Source: Puniceicoccaceae bacterium (lineage in GTDB: Bacteria; Verrucomicrobiota; Verrucomicrobiia; Opitutales; Coraliomargaritaceae). Taken from it: 32,000 bases of DNA. The stretch lies in NCBI GenBank assembly GCA_018402305.1, contig JAGYJE010000013.1, positions 50,790 through 82,789 on the forward strand, written 5' to 3'. The translations under genes were made by a program, and so were the position numbers. Positions 16,932 through 26,821 of this stretch are shown here, piece after piece. Positions within the stretch are counted from its first letter, which is position 1. Each line of letters starts with the position of its first letter. The notes beneath the pieces are model-generated. The model was not told the origin of the DNA and searched no databases. It worked only from the letters and a program-made list of their open reading frames with translations.

Positions 16932-19007
16932 ATGCCAAAGATCACCATTCGTTTTACGCAAGACTCCGTTCCACTTGAGGAGGAAAGAGATTTCTACTTA
17001 GACCTCTTTCGATCGCTAGGGCTGAAGTCTAGGATGCTTTTTGATGAGCAGGAGTTTGAGATAACTGCTCAGACAAAAGTGACCTTGTTTGGTATGGAGA
17101 CATCGGTTCCACAAGGTCTCCAGACGGAGAGATCTTGGGTCTGCCGCCTAATCGAAAAGGAGGGTTTCCTCCTTTTCTCTGTGGGGGGCTGGTTCTGGGC
17201 CGCTTCGTTGAAAAATTCAAATCACTTGAAAAAGTCATCTCACCCCGAGGAGATGATAGCAAAACTTCCTGTTGATTTACGGGTTCTGTCTTTAAAACAG
17301 TCAAACGAAGTGAATGACCTCCGGTCGCTTTCTAGTCTGAGCAGTCTGACCAGCTTAAATCTAGATAATTGCTGGAGAGTGACCGATATCTCTGCGCTTT
17401 CTGGTTTGAGCAATCTGACCAGCATAAATCTTTCTTGCTGCAGACTGACCGATATCTCTGCGCTTTCTGGTCTGACCGGACTGACCAAATTGGATCTATC
17501 AGCGAACTATCTTATTGAAGATTTTTCCCCACTAGAGGGACTAATTGCTCTAGAAAATTTAAATTTATCTGCAACTGGAGATATTCTGTCACAACAAGAT
17601 TTATTTGTTATTTCCAAACTCACCTCTCTTACCAAACTCAATTTGAGAAGGGGTGGCAGTCGTTATGAGATAAAAGACTTGTCGTCATTATCATGCCTTA
17701 CGAATTTGACTAACTTGGATTTATCCGATTTTGCAGCTATTACAGATTTATCACCACTGTCGTGTCTTAAAGCACTTACCGTATTAAACTTAACAGATTG
17801 TATATCAATAAAAGATATATCACCTTTATCTGATTTGACAGCGCTGCGTGATCTAAAGCTTTTTGGTTGCAACTCAATCACCAAACTAGACCCAATAGGC
17901 AAAATACCCTCGTTAGAGGAATTGAAATTTACCAGCAGACGGATCAAGAGTGTTGAATCGCTGAGGAATATCCCAGCATTGCGTGAAGTCACAGAATTCA
18001 ATCCTCCAGAGGTAGCAGAGCTTCTAGCCCATACAGCCTACTTACGCTCAGACCGAGATTGCATTAAGTGGTATTCTAAGGATTGGTTGAAGGAGGCTAA
18101 AGATTGGAGAGAAGACACAAGCTCACTACAAGACCGTTTCGCCGCCACACTGGGCGAGGCCTTCAGCCTGCTGGGTGAGGATTCGATTGCAGAGGACTAC
18201 GAGGCATTCTTGGATGGTCGCCCTGATTTTTCATCCGCCCCATGGAAGGCTTGGTTTGGGGGAACGCTCAAGGAAAGTGGTTTTGTCCTCTACCGCCAGC
18301 GTGTGGAGCGTGTGGCGGTGAGCCAAATGCTCCCCAGCGCGATCGGTGGCGCCTGCTCGACACTGCCTTATGAAGATCAGCCTGAATGGTCGCGCGAATG
18401 GCTGATGTCACTGGAGATCGCCTGCTTGAGCGATGCCAAAAAACTTCTCTCCGTTGCTCCAGAGATCTGCCTCGCTCACGCCAGGTTGGATTTAAGCGAA
18501 GCCCTGCGCCGATGGTTGGAAGCGTTCACCGATCCCTCCGACCCAGGTGCTCTGGATCCTGTTCATGCCGCTCTTGCGGGGTTCCAGCTTGCCTTGAACC
18601 ACCTCGATGCCGCCGAGTCACATATTTTTGCTATAGAGTCGCCCAGTCTAAAGGACCCAATGCTAGCCAATCTCATTTCCTCCTATCCAGCAACCGATTC
18701 CGATCGCGCCTCTGCGCAACTGCTTCTCATCGCAGCTCCTGCCACCCGTCGCGAATTGGCCAAAACTCTGGTCACGATACCGGAGTATTCGATGTCAGAA
18801 GTTGCCATGCAGCGCTTGGTCGTTGCCATGGATGATTCTCCCGAAGCGCTTGGCGAACTCATCGCCCTCCTTCCCCCATCCGCCGCCCCATCCCAGCTCA
18901 TCCAGCAAATCTCCGCCTCCTTACAACTCGACCGCCAATCCACCCTTCGTAAAATCAGTGATGAGCTGCACCAGCAGGCAGATCGCCTGCTGATCCTAAA
19001 AAAATGA
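16932..19007 (+). CDS. Leucine-rich-repeat protein with alpha-helical C-terminal half
   Basis: 691-aa ORF starting 8 nt after the previous stop. About 10 LRRs of 22-26 aa lie between about aa 115 and 340. Examples are LSSLSSLTSLNLDNCWRVTDISALSGLSNLTSINLSCCRLTDISALSGLTGLTKLDLSAN and LSCLTNLTNLDLSDFAAITDLSPLSCLKALTVLNLTDCISIKDISPLSDLTALRDLKLFGCNSI. The C-terminal 340 aa appear helical. Confidence 0.85.
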   Translation: MPKITIRFTQDSVPLEEERDFYLDLFRSLGLKSRMLFDEQEFEITAQTKVTLFGMETSVPQGLQTERSWVCRLIEKEGFLLFSVGGWFWAASLKNSNHLKKSSHPEEMIAKLPVDLRVLSLKQSNEVNDLRSLSSLSSLTSLNLDNCWRVTDISALSGLSNLTSINLSCCRLTDISALSGLTGLTKLDLSANYLIEDFSPLEGLIALENLNLSATGDILSQQDLFVISKLTSLTKLNLRRGGSRYEIKDLSSLSCLTNLTNLDLSDFAAITDLSPLSCLKALTVLNLTDCISIKDISPLSDLTALRDLKLFGCNSITKLDPIGKIPSLEELKFTSRRIKSVESLRNIPALREVTEFNPPEVAELLAHTAYLRSDRDCIKWYSKDWLKEAKDWREDTSSLQDRFAATLGEAFSLLGEDSIAEDYEAFLDGRPDFSSAPWKAWFGGTLKESGFVLYRQRVERVAVSQMLPSAIGGACSTLPYEDQPEWSREWLMSLEIACLSDAKKLLSVAPEICLAHARLDLSEALRRWLEAFTDPSDPGALDPVHAALAGFQLALNHLDAAESHIFAIESPSLKDPMLANLISSYPATDSDRASAQLLLIAAPATRRELAKTLVTIPEYSMSEVAMQRLVVAMDDSPEALGELIALLPPSAAPSQLIQQISASLQLDRQSTLRKISDELHQQADRLLILKK

Positions 19008-19029
19008 AATCTGCTAATCTTCTAATAGA

Positions 19030-21657
19030 ATGACCACACCATCCCGCACTGTCCGCGTCTTCCTCAGTTCCACCTTCCGCGATTTCGCCGAAGAGCGGGA
19101 TTTGCTAGTGAGGAAGGTTTTTCCTGAATTGCGTCGAAAGTGCCGGGAGCGGCAAGTCGAGTTAGTGGACGTGGACCTGCGCTGGGGTATCACAGAGGAA
19201 GAGGCCCAGCAGGGCAAGGTGCTACCGATCTGTCTCGCAGAGATCGACCGCTCACGGCCTTATTTCATTGGCTTTCTCGGGGAACGCTATGGCTGGATTC
19301 CTGATCAATCAGAGTATGACCTCTCACTCCTGTTAGAGCAATCGTGGCTGGAGGAGCACAGGGGAGGCACAAGTGTCACGGAGTTGGAAATCCTTCACGG
19401 CGTGCTCAACAATCCCCAGATGGCCGGGCGGGCCTTGTTCTATTTCCGCGATCCAGCCTGGTCGGAAGGAAAGGGCGAGGCATATGCGAGCGAGAGCGAT
19501 GACGAAAAAGCAAGAGTCTCCTCGCTGAAAGACCGGATCCGAAAAAGCGGGTTTCCCGTGGTTGAGGACTACCCCGACCCCGAGGCGTTAGCAGAGCGCG
19601 TGCGGGAAGACCTTTGGCAATGGATCGATGAGACTTTTCCGGAGGATTCCGTGCCTGACTCGCTGACACGCGAGAGGTTAAAGCACGAGGCCTACAGCGC
19701 ACCCCGGCAACGTCTCTACATCGGTGGCGAAGAGTATTTTAAGGCCTTGGATAAGGCGATGAGTGCGCAGAATTTTCTCCCTGTGCTGGTTACCGGTCAG
19801 TCCGGCGGTGGCAAGAGCGCCTTGCTTGCCAACTGGGTTCCTCGCTGGAGCAATCTACACCCGAAAACCTCGGTGATCCTGCATCACCTCGGCGCCGGAG
19901 CTGATGCGGCGGACCCGGTGCGGATCGTGGTGCGTCTGATACAGGAAATCGCCTGCCTGACCGGAGATGAATTCAAGCCGGAGAGCGATCCGGAGAAACA
20001 ATTGGAGGAATTGCCCCAATGGTTGGCGCTGGGCAGTGCTTGGGCAGAGCGGGAAGGGCGTGAACTGCTGCTCGTGCTGGATGGGTTGGACAAGGTATCA
20101 GACCTGAAAGACCTGCGGTGGTTCCCGTCATTCCTGCCGGCAAAGGTGAAGCTGGTGGTGTCCTGTCTTGAGGGGACGATTCTGCAGGCTGCGAAAGGTA
20201 GATTGGAATGGAGGGAAATCGAAGTTAAGCCCTTCACACCCGCCGATCAGTTGCGCTTTATTGGTGAATACCTGCTACGCTTCCGCAAATCGCTCACGCC
20301 AACACAAACCAGTATCCTACAAGGACATCCCCTGAGTGGTAATCCGATGTTTCTACTGACCGTGCTGGAGGAGTTGCGGGTGTTCGGCATGCATGGGCAG
20401 TTGGACCAACGCCTGCAGAAACTGCTATCTCCGCCACTAAGCAAGGGCAAAAGCGAGGCGCCGACGGTGGACGACGTGTTTGAGCATGTGCTGGCCCGGA
20501 TTGAGGAAGACCTCGGCAAGCAAGTGGTTAAGGCTGCCGTGGAAGCGATCTGGGCGAGTCGTGGTGGATTGTATCGGGAGGAGTTGTTAGGGGTGGCACA
20601 GTTGACGCCAGCCGCTTGGGCGTCGCTGCAGATCGTGCTGGATGAAGGACTCTACGAAAGCGGCGGGCGGATCAATTTCGGTCACGACTACCTGCGCAAG
20701 GCGGTGGAAGACCGCTACGACCTCACGGGCGAACGGAAAATAAATCTGCACCGACGCTTGGCCGAATATTTCGCCACCCTGCCGGTGGATGCGCGAGTGG
20801 CCGAGGAGCTCCCGTGGCAGTGGGAACAGGCAAGTAATCGAAAGAAACTCAAAGCGTGTCTGACTGACCTCGAGCTGTTTGCGGCAATGATGAATCGCAA
20901 CGAATATGAACTGTTGGGCTATTGGCTGCGTCTTGGATGCGACATTAGCACAGAGTATGAGACAGCTTGGCTTCAGTGGGAGCTTGAAGGAGAAATAATG
21001 GCATCAATCGGGGCAGGTCTGGCAAATTTTCTTCATACAGCTGGCCGATACACGACGTTTGCGCCGTGGATTCAGGAAGAAGTGCTGCAGTTGAGGCGTG
21101 AGAAACTTGGCATTGAGCATCCGGATACGCTGAGCGCGATGGGTAATCTCGCCCTTTACTACTCGGATGCGGGTCGACTGGAGGAGGCGCTGTGGATTCA
21201 GGAAGAAGTGCTGCAGCTGATACGTGAGAAACTTGGCATCGAGCATCCGGATACGCTGAGCGCGATGGGTAATCTCGCCAGATCCTACGCGCATGCCGGT
21301 CGGCTGGAGGAGGCGCTGGGGCTTTGGGAAGAAGTGCTGCAGTTGAGGCGTGAGAAACTTGGCTTCGAGCATCCGGATACGCTGCGCGCGATGAACATCC
21401 TCGCCGGCTGTCTGAACGCCCTCGATCGCCGATCTGAATCTATTACATTGCTTCGCAAAGCATCGGCGGAGTCTTCTCTCGTTTACGACGGCGTTGCCTA
21501 CAATCTCGCCTGCTACGAATGCCTCGAGGGCAATCACGAGGAAGCTAGGCGCCTAATCTCTGAGCACCTCAAGCTGCATCCAGAAAAGAAAGAGCAAGCC
21601 CTCGCGGATGAGGATTTTGCGGCGATTCACGATTGGATTTCTGAACTTGAGGTATAG
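19030..21657 (+). CDS. NLR-like protein: DUF4062-like N-terminal module + NACHT-type NTPase + KLC-type TPR repeats
   Basis: 875-aa ORF. The first 81 aa are identical to the 5658 gene product. Walker A is VLVTGQSGGGKSALLANW and Walker B is LLLVLDGLDKV. The motifs VKLVVSCLEG and GNPMFLLTVLEELRVFG follow. There are three 42-aa TPRs (WIQEEVLQLRREKLGIEHPDTLSAMGNLAxxYxxAGRLEEAL). The C-terminal cap YNLACYECLEGNHEEARRLISEHLKLHPEKK is nearly identical to that of the 3328 gene. Confidence 0.9.
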   Translation: MTTPSRTVRVFLSSTFRDFAEERDLLVRKVFPELRRKCRERQVELVDVDLRWGITEEEAQQGKVLPICLAEIDRSRPYFIGFLGERYGWIPDQSEYDLSLLLEQSWLEEHRGGTSVTELEILHGVLNNPQMAGRALFYFRDPAWSEGKGEAYASESDDEKARVSSLKDRIRKSGFPVVEDYPDPEALAERVREDLWQWIDETFPEDSVPDSLTRERLKHEAYSAPRQRLYIGGEEYFKALDKAMSAQNFLPVLVTGQSGGGKSALLANWVPRWSNLHPKTSVILHHLGAGADAADPVRIVVRLIQEIACLTGDEFKPESDPEKQLEELPQWLALGSAWAEREGRELLLVLDGLDKVSDLKDLRWFPSFLPAKVKLVVSCLEGTILQAAKGRLEWREIEVKPFTPADQLRFIGEYLLRFRKSLTPTQTSILQGHPLSGNPMFLLTVLEELRVFGMHGQLDQRLQKLLSPPLSKGKSEAPTVDDVFEHVLARIEEDLGKQVVKAAVEAIWASRGGLYREELLGVAQLTPAAWASLQIVLDEGLYESGGRINFGHDYLRKAVEDRYDLTGERKINLHRRLAEYFATLPVDARVAEELPWQWEQASNRKKLKACLTDLELFAAMMNRNEYELLGYWLRLGCDISTEYETAWLQWELEGEIMASIGAGLANFLHTAGRYTTFAPWIQEEVLQLRREKLGIEHPDTLSAMGNLALYYSDAGRLEEALWIQEEVLQLIREKLGIEHPDTLSAMGNLARSYAHAGRLEEALGLWEEVLQLRREKLGFEHPDTLRAMNILAGCLNALDRRSESITLLRKASAESSLVYDGVAYNLACYECLEGNHEEARRLISEHLKLHPEKKEQALADEDFAAIHDWISELEV
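21067..21444 (+). repeat. Tandem 126-bp coding repeats (3 copies) encoding TPR units
   Basis: Units start at 21067, 21193 and 21319. The string caggaagaagtgctgcag(t/c)tga..cgtgagaaacttggcat.gagcatccggatacgctgagcgcgatgggtaatctcgcc is almost identical in copies 1 and 2. Confidence 0.9.
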
Positions 21658-21676
21658 ATTGAACAGGCCTGCCACC

Positions 21677-24600
21677 ATGTCCACTCCATCCCGCCTCGTC
21701 CGAGTTTTCATCAGTTCCACCTTCCGTGACTTCATGGGAGAGCGGGATGAACTCGTGAAGCGTGTGTTTCCTGAATTGCGACGTCGATGCAAGGACCGGT
21801 TCGTCGAGATCGTCGAGGTTGATCTCCGTTGGGGCATCACCGAGGATCAGAGTCGGGAGGGGGCAACCCTGAAAATCTGCCTTCAAGAAATCGACCGTTG
21901 CCGTCCGAGCGCCCCGGTTTTTTTCATAGGATTGCTCGGTGAGCGCTATGGCTGGGTTCCGCCGAATGATTACTATCCGACGGAGATTCTGGATGATCCG
22001 GAACTGGCGTGGGTGCGGGAACACATCGGAGGCAAGAGTGTCACCGAACTGGAAATCCTCCACGGAGTGCTCAACAATCGGAATCTGAAAGACCATGCCT
22101 TTTTCTATTTCCGTCAGGATGGTTACCAAATCCGTCACTGGGCGCGGATCCATCAGGATTATCCGGATCTGGTGCCGGAAGATTTCACTAACGAGCGCGA
22201 ATCCGACCCAGTATCAGCGCGCGCCAAACAAGATTCACTCAAAGAAAGGGTAAATCAAGCCGATCTCAGTCATGCTCCGCGGCTCTATGAGGAACCCGGA
22301 GAACTCGTTCGGATCGTGCTGGAGGATCTCTGGCTCCAGATTGAGAGGGTTTTCCCCGCGAGCGAGGTCCCCGACGAGCTTGAGCGAGAACGCCTCGACC
22401 ACGAAGCCTTCGCAAAAAGCCGACTTAAGGGATATGTGAGGCGGCCCCTCCTTCTTCATGCGCTGGACGAGATCCTCGACCCCGGAGGTCCTTCCATCAA
22501 GGTCGTTACCGGCTCCTCTGGCGGAGGGAAAAGCGCGTTGCTAGCCTACTGGGTGGACCTGCGGTCGGACCGCATTCCACCCTGCACCTTCGTGCATTTC
22601 ATCGGCGGAACACCGGAAAGCGGCACGTTGCCGAATCTGGTGTTTCGACTCATGCGGACGATCCAGCGCTGGGGTGCAGTCCAGGACCGGGTGCCCGACG
22701 ATCTGTCCGAGGCGATCGCGGCTCTTCCGCAATGGCTTACGAGGACGGTGCAGGCCCATGGAGAGGTTCTCATTGTTCTCGATGCGCTCAACCAACTGGA
22801 GGAGGAGAGCGCACATCAGCTGTCCTGGCTACCTGCAGAAAACATTCCCGGGGTGCGTTGGGTGGTAAGCACACTCCCAGGTCTCTGTCAGGATGCCCTA
22901 ACGATAAGAGGGTGGGCGACTTCGCGTTATACCGTCGAAGTTCCTCCTCTCGAGCGCGGGGAGCGGGCCAGCATCGTCGAGTCCTATCTCGCGCTTTTCA
23001 CGAAGCGACTCGATGTGCGTCTGGCGGAGCGGCTCGCTGCGTCACCCCAATCGGAAAACGCCCTATTCTTGAAGGTCGCGCTCGACGAATTGCGGATTCG
23101 AGGCCGTCACGAGGCCCTCGAAGAACTGATCGACCGCATCCTCGCCTGCCCAGGCCCTGTCGATCTGTTTGTCCTCGTTCTGAAAAGTCTTGAGGAATTC
23201 GACAAGGATCGGCCTGATCTTGTCCGCGAATCGCTCGGGTTGCTCTGGGTGGCGCGACGCGGTCTGACTGAAACCGAACTCCTCCAGCTTCTTTCCGGCC
23301 ACGAGAATCCCGCAACCCACCCTCTACCGCGCGCTCTTTGGTCCCCAATCTTTTTAGCACTTGAAGGTTCTCTCGTCGAGCGCAACGGGCGTTTGAGCTT
23401 TTTCCATGATTTTCTCAGAGAAGCGGTCGCGCGTGAATACCTCGACGAGGAATGGGAGCGGCACAGGGTGCATTCCCGTTTCACCACATTGGCTCGCCGA
23501 TTGTTGAACGGAAAGTCGGCTGGGGCAACCCTCGATCACTATCTGGCTCGGTATGCCAGTCATCACGCGGGTGCCCTCGGGGATTTACCAGCGTTGGCAG
23601 AATTCGCCGTCTCCTTCGCGCCTTCTCGGTTTGAGATGCTCTCACTTTCCGAGGGAGTTTTATTGGTATCGGAGGCCTGTATGACCCTTGGGGTCTCAGA
23701 TAAATTTAGCGACGATCCCAGATTTCTCAGCGACGTTGCCGTTCTCCTTGAAACGGCGCGCGCACCAGAGATTACCCGTTCCATTTGCCGTAAGTTGATC
23801 CGGGCCGGGAACGGGTGGCGAGAGGCCTTCCAAGGGGCGGGACTCGATGGACGTGGAGCCACCTATGTCTTCGCCGCAGAGTGGGCTGCGTGGATCCAAG
23901 AACTTCCGCCGCAACAAGCAGAAGAAGAAATCGAGTTCATCATCGAATCGATGGATGACATCGATGGCGGTCTTGCTCAAGCGGCAATCTACGCTTTTAA
24001 ATACGCGATCATTGCAAATCCCGAGCGCTTCACGATCAGTCTCCTCGAGCAGGTCTTTAGTGGTTGGCAGGAAAACCGTCTCATGCTGAACAACCTCGTG
24101 ATGCAACTGGCCATCGATGGTCTCCATCTGCCGGTGGTGGATGACTTCGAGCGTTTCTGGAGCGTGACATGGGAATACAACGCGGTCGAACTCGACTTGC
24201 TGAAGGGCGCCCTCGCTTTCCGCAACCTACCCAGTCCCCATCGGGATGAGGTTGCAGCTGAGTTCTTTCGACATCTCGAGCAAAGGCGCTCTGGTTTTCA
24301 ACTTACGCCGGACTGTTTTGCATCGCGCCGTATCTTAGACTGCTTTTGGTCGCTGGGCCAGACAGGAGACAGCCTTTCGGATGACCTGAGGACTTGCCTC
24401 CGCGAGCGGCATGGTCAGGAAATCTTGGAACTGCTGCTAGAATCTCCGTTTTGGGAGGTGGGTGAAAAGGCTGCCGAAGTGCTCTCCGAGAAGATGGACT
24501 TGTGCGAGGCGATGCGTGACCGCATCCGCGATCTGGCCCTTGACGTGGATGGAGCTCCCGCCTATGCCGTCTTTATTGCCTATTCCCTATGGGCCTTGCG

Positions 24601-24985
24601 TGCTGGGGAAACTGAGGATTATCTGCATCTCGTTGAAGCTTGTTCCCTTTCATCGAATTGTCAGGTCCGCGGCCAAGCTGCCGAATCGCTCATGTCCTTC
24701 CTACGAGACTGCGGCGACGGTAGCCTCGGAGATTATTTCTCAAAGGCCCTTCCGTCGCTGCGGCGCTTCTTGCATGATTCCGACATCTGGCCAGTTCAGG
24801 AAACCCTGCACAACCTCCAGTCGCTTGACGACCGCCTCGCCATTGCAGGGATCGATTGGCGGAGTCATCTCCGCCCCGATCATGCGCCGCTCGTCTCCCT
24901 CGTTGGCGAGTGGGAGGCGATCGGACCGGATTGGATGAAGTTTGAAGAAATCGCACGAATCCGACAACAGCAGGCCATTCCCTGA
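21677..24985 (+). CDS. NLR-like protein: DUF4062-like N-terminal module + NACHT-type NTPase + long helical region ending in HEAT-like repeats
   Basis: The ORF is open from 21608. ATG 21677 gives MSTPSRLVRVFISSTFRDF, aligned with the three paralogues, and leaves 19 nt after the upstream stop. Walker A is IKVVTGSSGGGKSALLAYW and Walker B is VLIVLDALNQLEE. The motifs VRWVVSTLPGL and ENALFLKVALDELRI follow. The C-terminus has HEAT-like motifs: SPFWEVGEKAAEVL, SSNCQVRGQAAESL and DSDIWPVQETLHNL. Confidence 0.85.
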   Translation: MSTPSRLVRVFISSTFRDFMGERDELVKRVFPELRRRCKDRFVEIVEVDLRWGITEDQSREGATLKICLQEIDRCRPSAPVFFIGLLGERYGWVPPNDYYPTEILDDPELAWVREHIGGKSVTELEILHGVLNNRNLKDHAFFYFRQDGYQIRHWARIHQDYPDLVPEDFTNERESDPVSARAKQDSLKERVNQADLSHAPRLYEEPGELVRIVLEDLWLQIERVFPASEVPDELERERLDHEAFAKSRLKGYVRRPLLLHALDEILDPGGPSIKVVTGSSGGGKSALLAYWVDLRSDRIPPCTFVHFIGGTPESGTLPNLVFRLMRTIQRWGAVQDRVPDDLSEAIAALPQWLTRTVQAHGEVLIVLDALNQLEEESAHQLSWLPAENIPGVRWVVSTLPGLCQDALTIRGWATSRYTVEVPPLERGERASIVESYLALFTKRLDVRLAERLAASPQSENALFLKVALDELRIRGRHEALEELIDRILACPGPVDLFVLVLKSLEEFDKDRPDLVRESLGLLWVARRGLTETELLQLLSGHENPATHPLPRALWSPIFLALEGSLVERNGRLSFFHDFLREAVAREYLDEEWERHRVHSRFTTLARRLLNGKSAGATLDHYLARYASHHAGALGDLPALAEFAVSFAPSRFEMLSLSEGVLLVSEACMTLGVSDKFSDDPRFLSDVAVLLETARAPEITRSICRKLIRAGNGWREAFQGAGLDGRGATYVFAAEWAAWIQELPPQQAEEEIEFIIESMDDIDGGLAQAAIYAFKYAIIANPERFTISLLEQVFSGWQENRLMLNNLVMQLAIDGLHLPVVDDFERFWSVTWEYNAVELDLLKGALAFRNLPSPHRDEVAAEFFRHLEQRRSGFQLTPDCFASRRILDCFWSLGQTGDSLSDDLRTCLRERHGQEILELLLESPFWEVGEKAAEVLSEKMDLCEAMRDRIRDLALDVDGAPAYAVFIAYSLWALRAGETEDYLHLVEACSLSSNCQVRGQAAESLMSFLRDCGDGSLGDYFSKALPSLRRFLHDSDIWPVQETLHNLQSLDDRLAIAGIDWRSHLRPDHAPLVSLVGEWEAIGPDWMKFEEIARIRQQQAIP

Positions 24986-25080
24986 ATCACGATAAATATC
25001 GGTTGCCGTCAGATCAAACTTAGATGCAGGATTGTCGGGTTTTTGGCCCCATTGTATTTTAATCCTCACAGACTAACCTC

Positions 25081-26805
25081 ATGATACCCCGCACTTCCAT
25101 CATTCTGCTGGTTCTCTCCTCGGTCTGCTCCTTCGTGGCCGCCTTCATCGGCTTTGGTGGGGTGGGGGAGGATTACTCGATCGCGACGCGCGCTTATATG
25201 GCTCTGCAGTTGTTCACCCTCGAAGGTGGGGATATCTCCGGTTCGGTTCCGCTCGGTGTGGAGATCGCGCGCTGGTTAGCTCCAGCGACAACCCTCGGTG
25301 GTATCTATGCCGCAGCCCACGCGTTTTTCTCAAAGCTTTGGGGCAGCTTACGGCTTCGCTGGATACGTGGCCACATGGTGGTCTGTGGAGGAGGTGAGAA
25401 AGGATGCGCGCTTGCCTCTGAGCTTGCTCAGGAAAGTGGCGCGCAAGTGGTGCTGGTTGATCCGCTGGAATCGCCGGCCATAGACGTTTTACGCAAGCAA
25501 GGGGTTCTGGTGATTCAGGGTGACGGAGGTGATTCCGGAGTCATGCAAGAGGTCGGTCTTTCGCGTGCCTCACGCTTGGTCTGCGTGACCGGGGACGATC
25601 GCACCAATATTGGCATCACGTTGGCTGCGGCGGAATCGTTGCCAGCAGAACGTGCATCGCAGCCTCTTGAGATCCACACCCACGTGAGCGATGTCGCAAG
25701 CCGCAATATCCTGCAACGAAGCCAGATGCTGGATTTGAAAAACGATCTCAGGCACCGCATCCGCCTATTCAATTGTCATGCCAACCGGGCGCGTCTCGCT
25801 CTCGAGGAATGTCCTTTGGAATGGGATTCACGCACCGGCCTTCGCGACCAAGAAGTCCATCTCGTTCTCGGTGTCTTAGGCCTTCTTGAAAAGGCGATGG
25901 TGGTTCAAGCTGCGCACATCGGGCATTTTCGTCACGGCGGCAAGCTGCGCGTGCATCTTGTGTCGATACGTGCCAAGTCTGACGAGTCGGCCCTGATCAA
26001 GGAGTATCCCGGCTTCCGCAACTGCGCAAATTTGGATTTTACCACGCTCGAGGAGTCCGATGACTTCGTGGAAACCGTGGCAAAAGCCGCGTCCTGCTGG
26101 GGCGGTAATTCATTGATCACGGTGCTTCTCGGCGGAACGCCCGAAGCCGCTTTGGCCGATGCCTTGTTGCTTGGCGAGCGGCTTAAAAATGGCCCGTGTC
26201 TCCGAGTGCTGATCGATACGAAAGGCAATGGCGGGATTCGCAGCATCGTGGCTAAAAACCCCAAGCTCATCTCATGGATCAGATTCCTCCCAGAGCTGAC
26301 TGCTGCGGTCGGGAGAAATGCCGTATTTCAGGAATCGCTCGACGCCGTCGCCCGTAGGATTCATGAAACATGGAAGGAAGGCACCGATCAGCGAATCCTC
26401 AAAGCCGAGTCAGAGGGTGACCTTGAAACCGCCAAAAAACACCGTGAAAAAGACACCTATCGTAGCTGGGAGGATCTCACCGAGGAGCAGAAAGATGCCA
26501 ACCGGCTCGCTGCGGATCACATCTCCGTCAAGTTTCGCGCCGTAGGCCTCGATCCGGATCTTGGGTCTTCACTGCCCACGGCCTGGGACGACCTTGATGC
26601 ACAACAACTCGACATGTTAAGCCGCATGGAACACGAGCGCTGGGCTGCCCCGTTGTGGATGGCTGGATGGACCGCTGGCGAACGCAACGACGAACTGAAA
26701 ATTCATCCCAACCTTGTGCCCTATGATGAGCTCGACGTGGGAACCAGAAAGTATGACCTTGAACAGGTCATGATGGCGGTGGCGTATCGAGTTGGATTAA
26801 AATAA
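25081..26805 (+). CDS. Membrane protein: N-terminal TM segments + Rossmann (TrkA-N-like) NAD-binding domain + two RyR-type domains
   Basis: 574-aa ORF. Hydrophobic segments are SIILLVLSSVCSFVAAFIGF and IARWLAPATTLGGIYAAAHAFF. A glycine-rich Rossmann motif reads HMVVCGGGEKGCALASELAQESGAQVVLVD. The C-terminus has ARRIHETWKEG.....YRSWEDLTEEQKDANRLAADHISVKFRAVGL and MEHERWAAPLWMAGWTAGERNDELKIHPNLVPYDELDVGTRKYDLEQVMMAV. These match the bacterial RyR-domain pattern (iHe.W..., GW.yGe.rd...k.hP.LvpydeL....K.yD) as I recall it. Confidence 0.7.
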   Translation: MIPRTSIILLVLSSVCSFVAAFIGFGGVGEDYSIATRAYMALQLFTLEGGDISGSVPLGVEIARWLAPATTLGGIYAAAHAFFSKLWGSLRLRWIRGHMVVCGGGEKGCALASELAQESGAQVVLVDPLESPAIDVLRKQGVLVIQGDGGDSGVMQEVGLSRASRLVCVTGDDRTNIGITLAAAESLPAERASQPLEIHTHVSDVASRNILQRSQMLDLKNDLRHRIRLFNCHANRARLALEECPLEWDSRTGLRDQEVHLVLGVLGLLEKAMVVQAAHIGHFRHGGKLRVHLVSIRAKSDESALIKEYPGFRNCANLDFTTLEESDDFVETVAKAASCWGGNSLITVLLGGTPEAALADALLLGERLKNGPCLRVLIDTKGNGGIRSIVAKNPKLISWIRFLPELTAAVGRNAVFQESLDAVARRIHETWKEGTDQRILKAESEGDLETAKKHREKDTYRSWEDLTEEQKDANRLAADHISVKFRAVGLDPDLGSSLPTAWDDLDAQQLDMLSRMEHERWAAPLWMAGWTAGERNDELKIHPNLVPYDELDVGTRKYDLEQVMMAVAYRVGLK

Positions 26806-26821
26806 GGAATCAATTAAGAAA

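Noticed and set aside
21608-21676. The upstream start of the 21608-24985 ORF (MRILRRFTIGFLNLRYRLNRPAT...).
   Set aside because: It overlaps the end of the preceding gene (stop at 21657) and has no counterpart in the three paralogues. ATG 21677 aligns with their MxTPSR starts.
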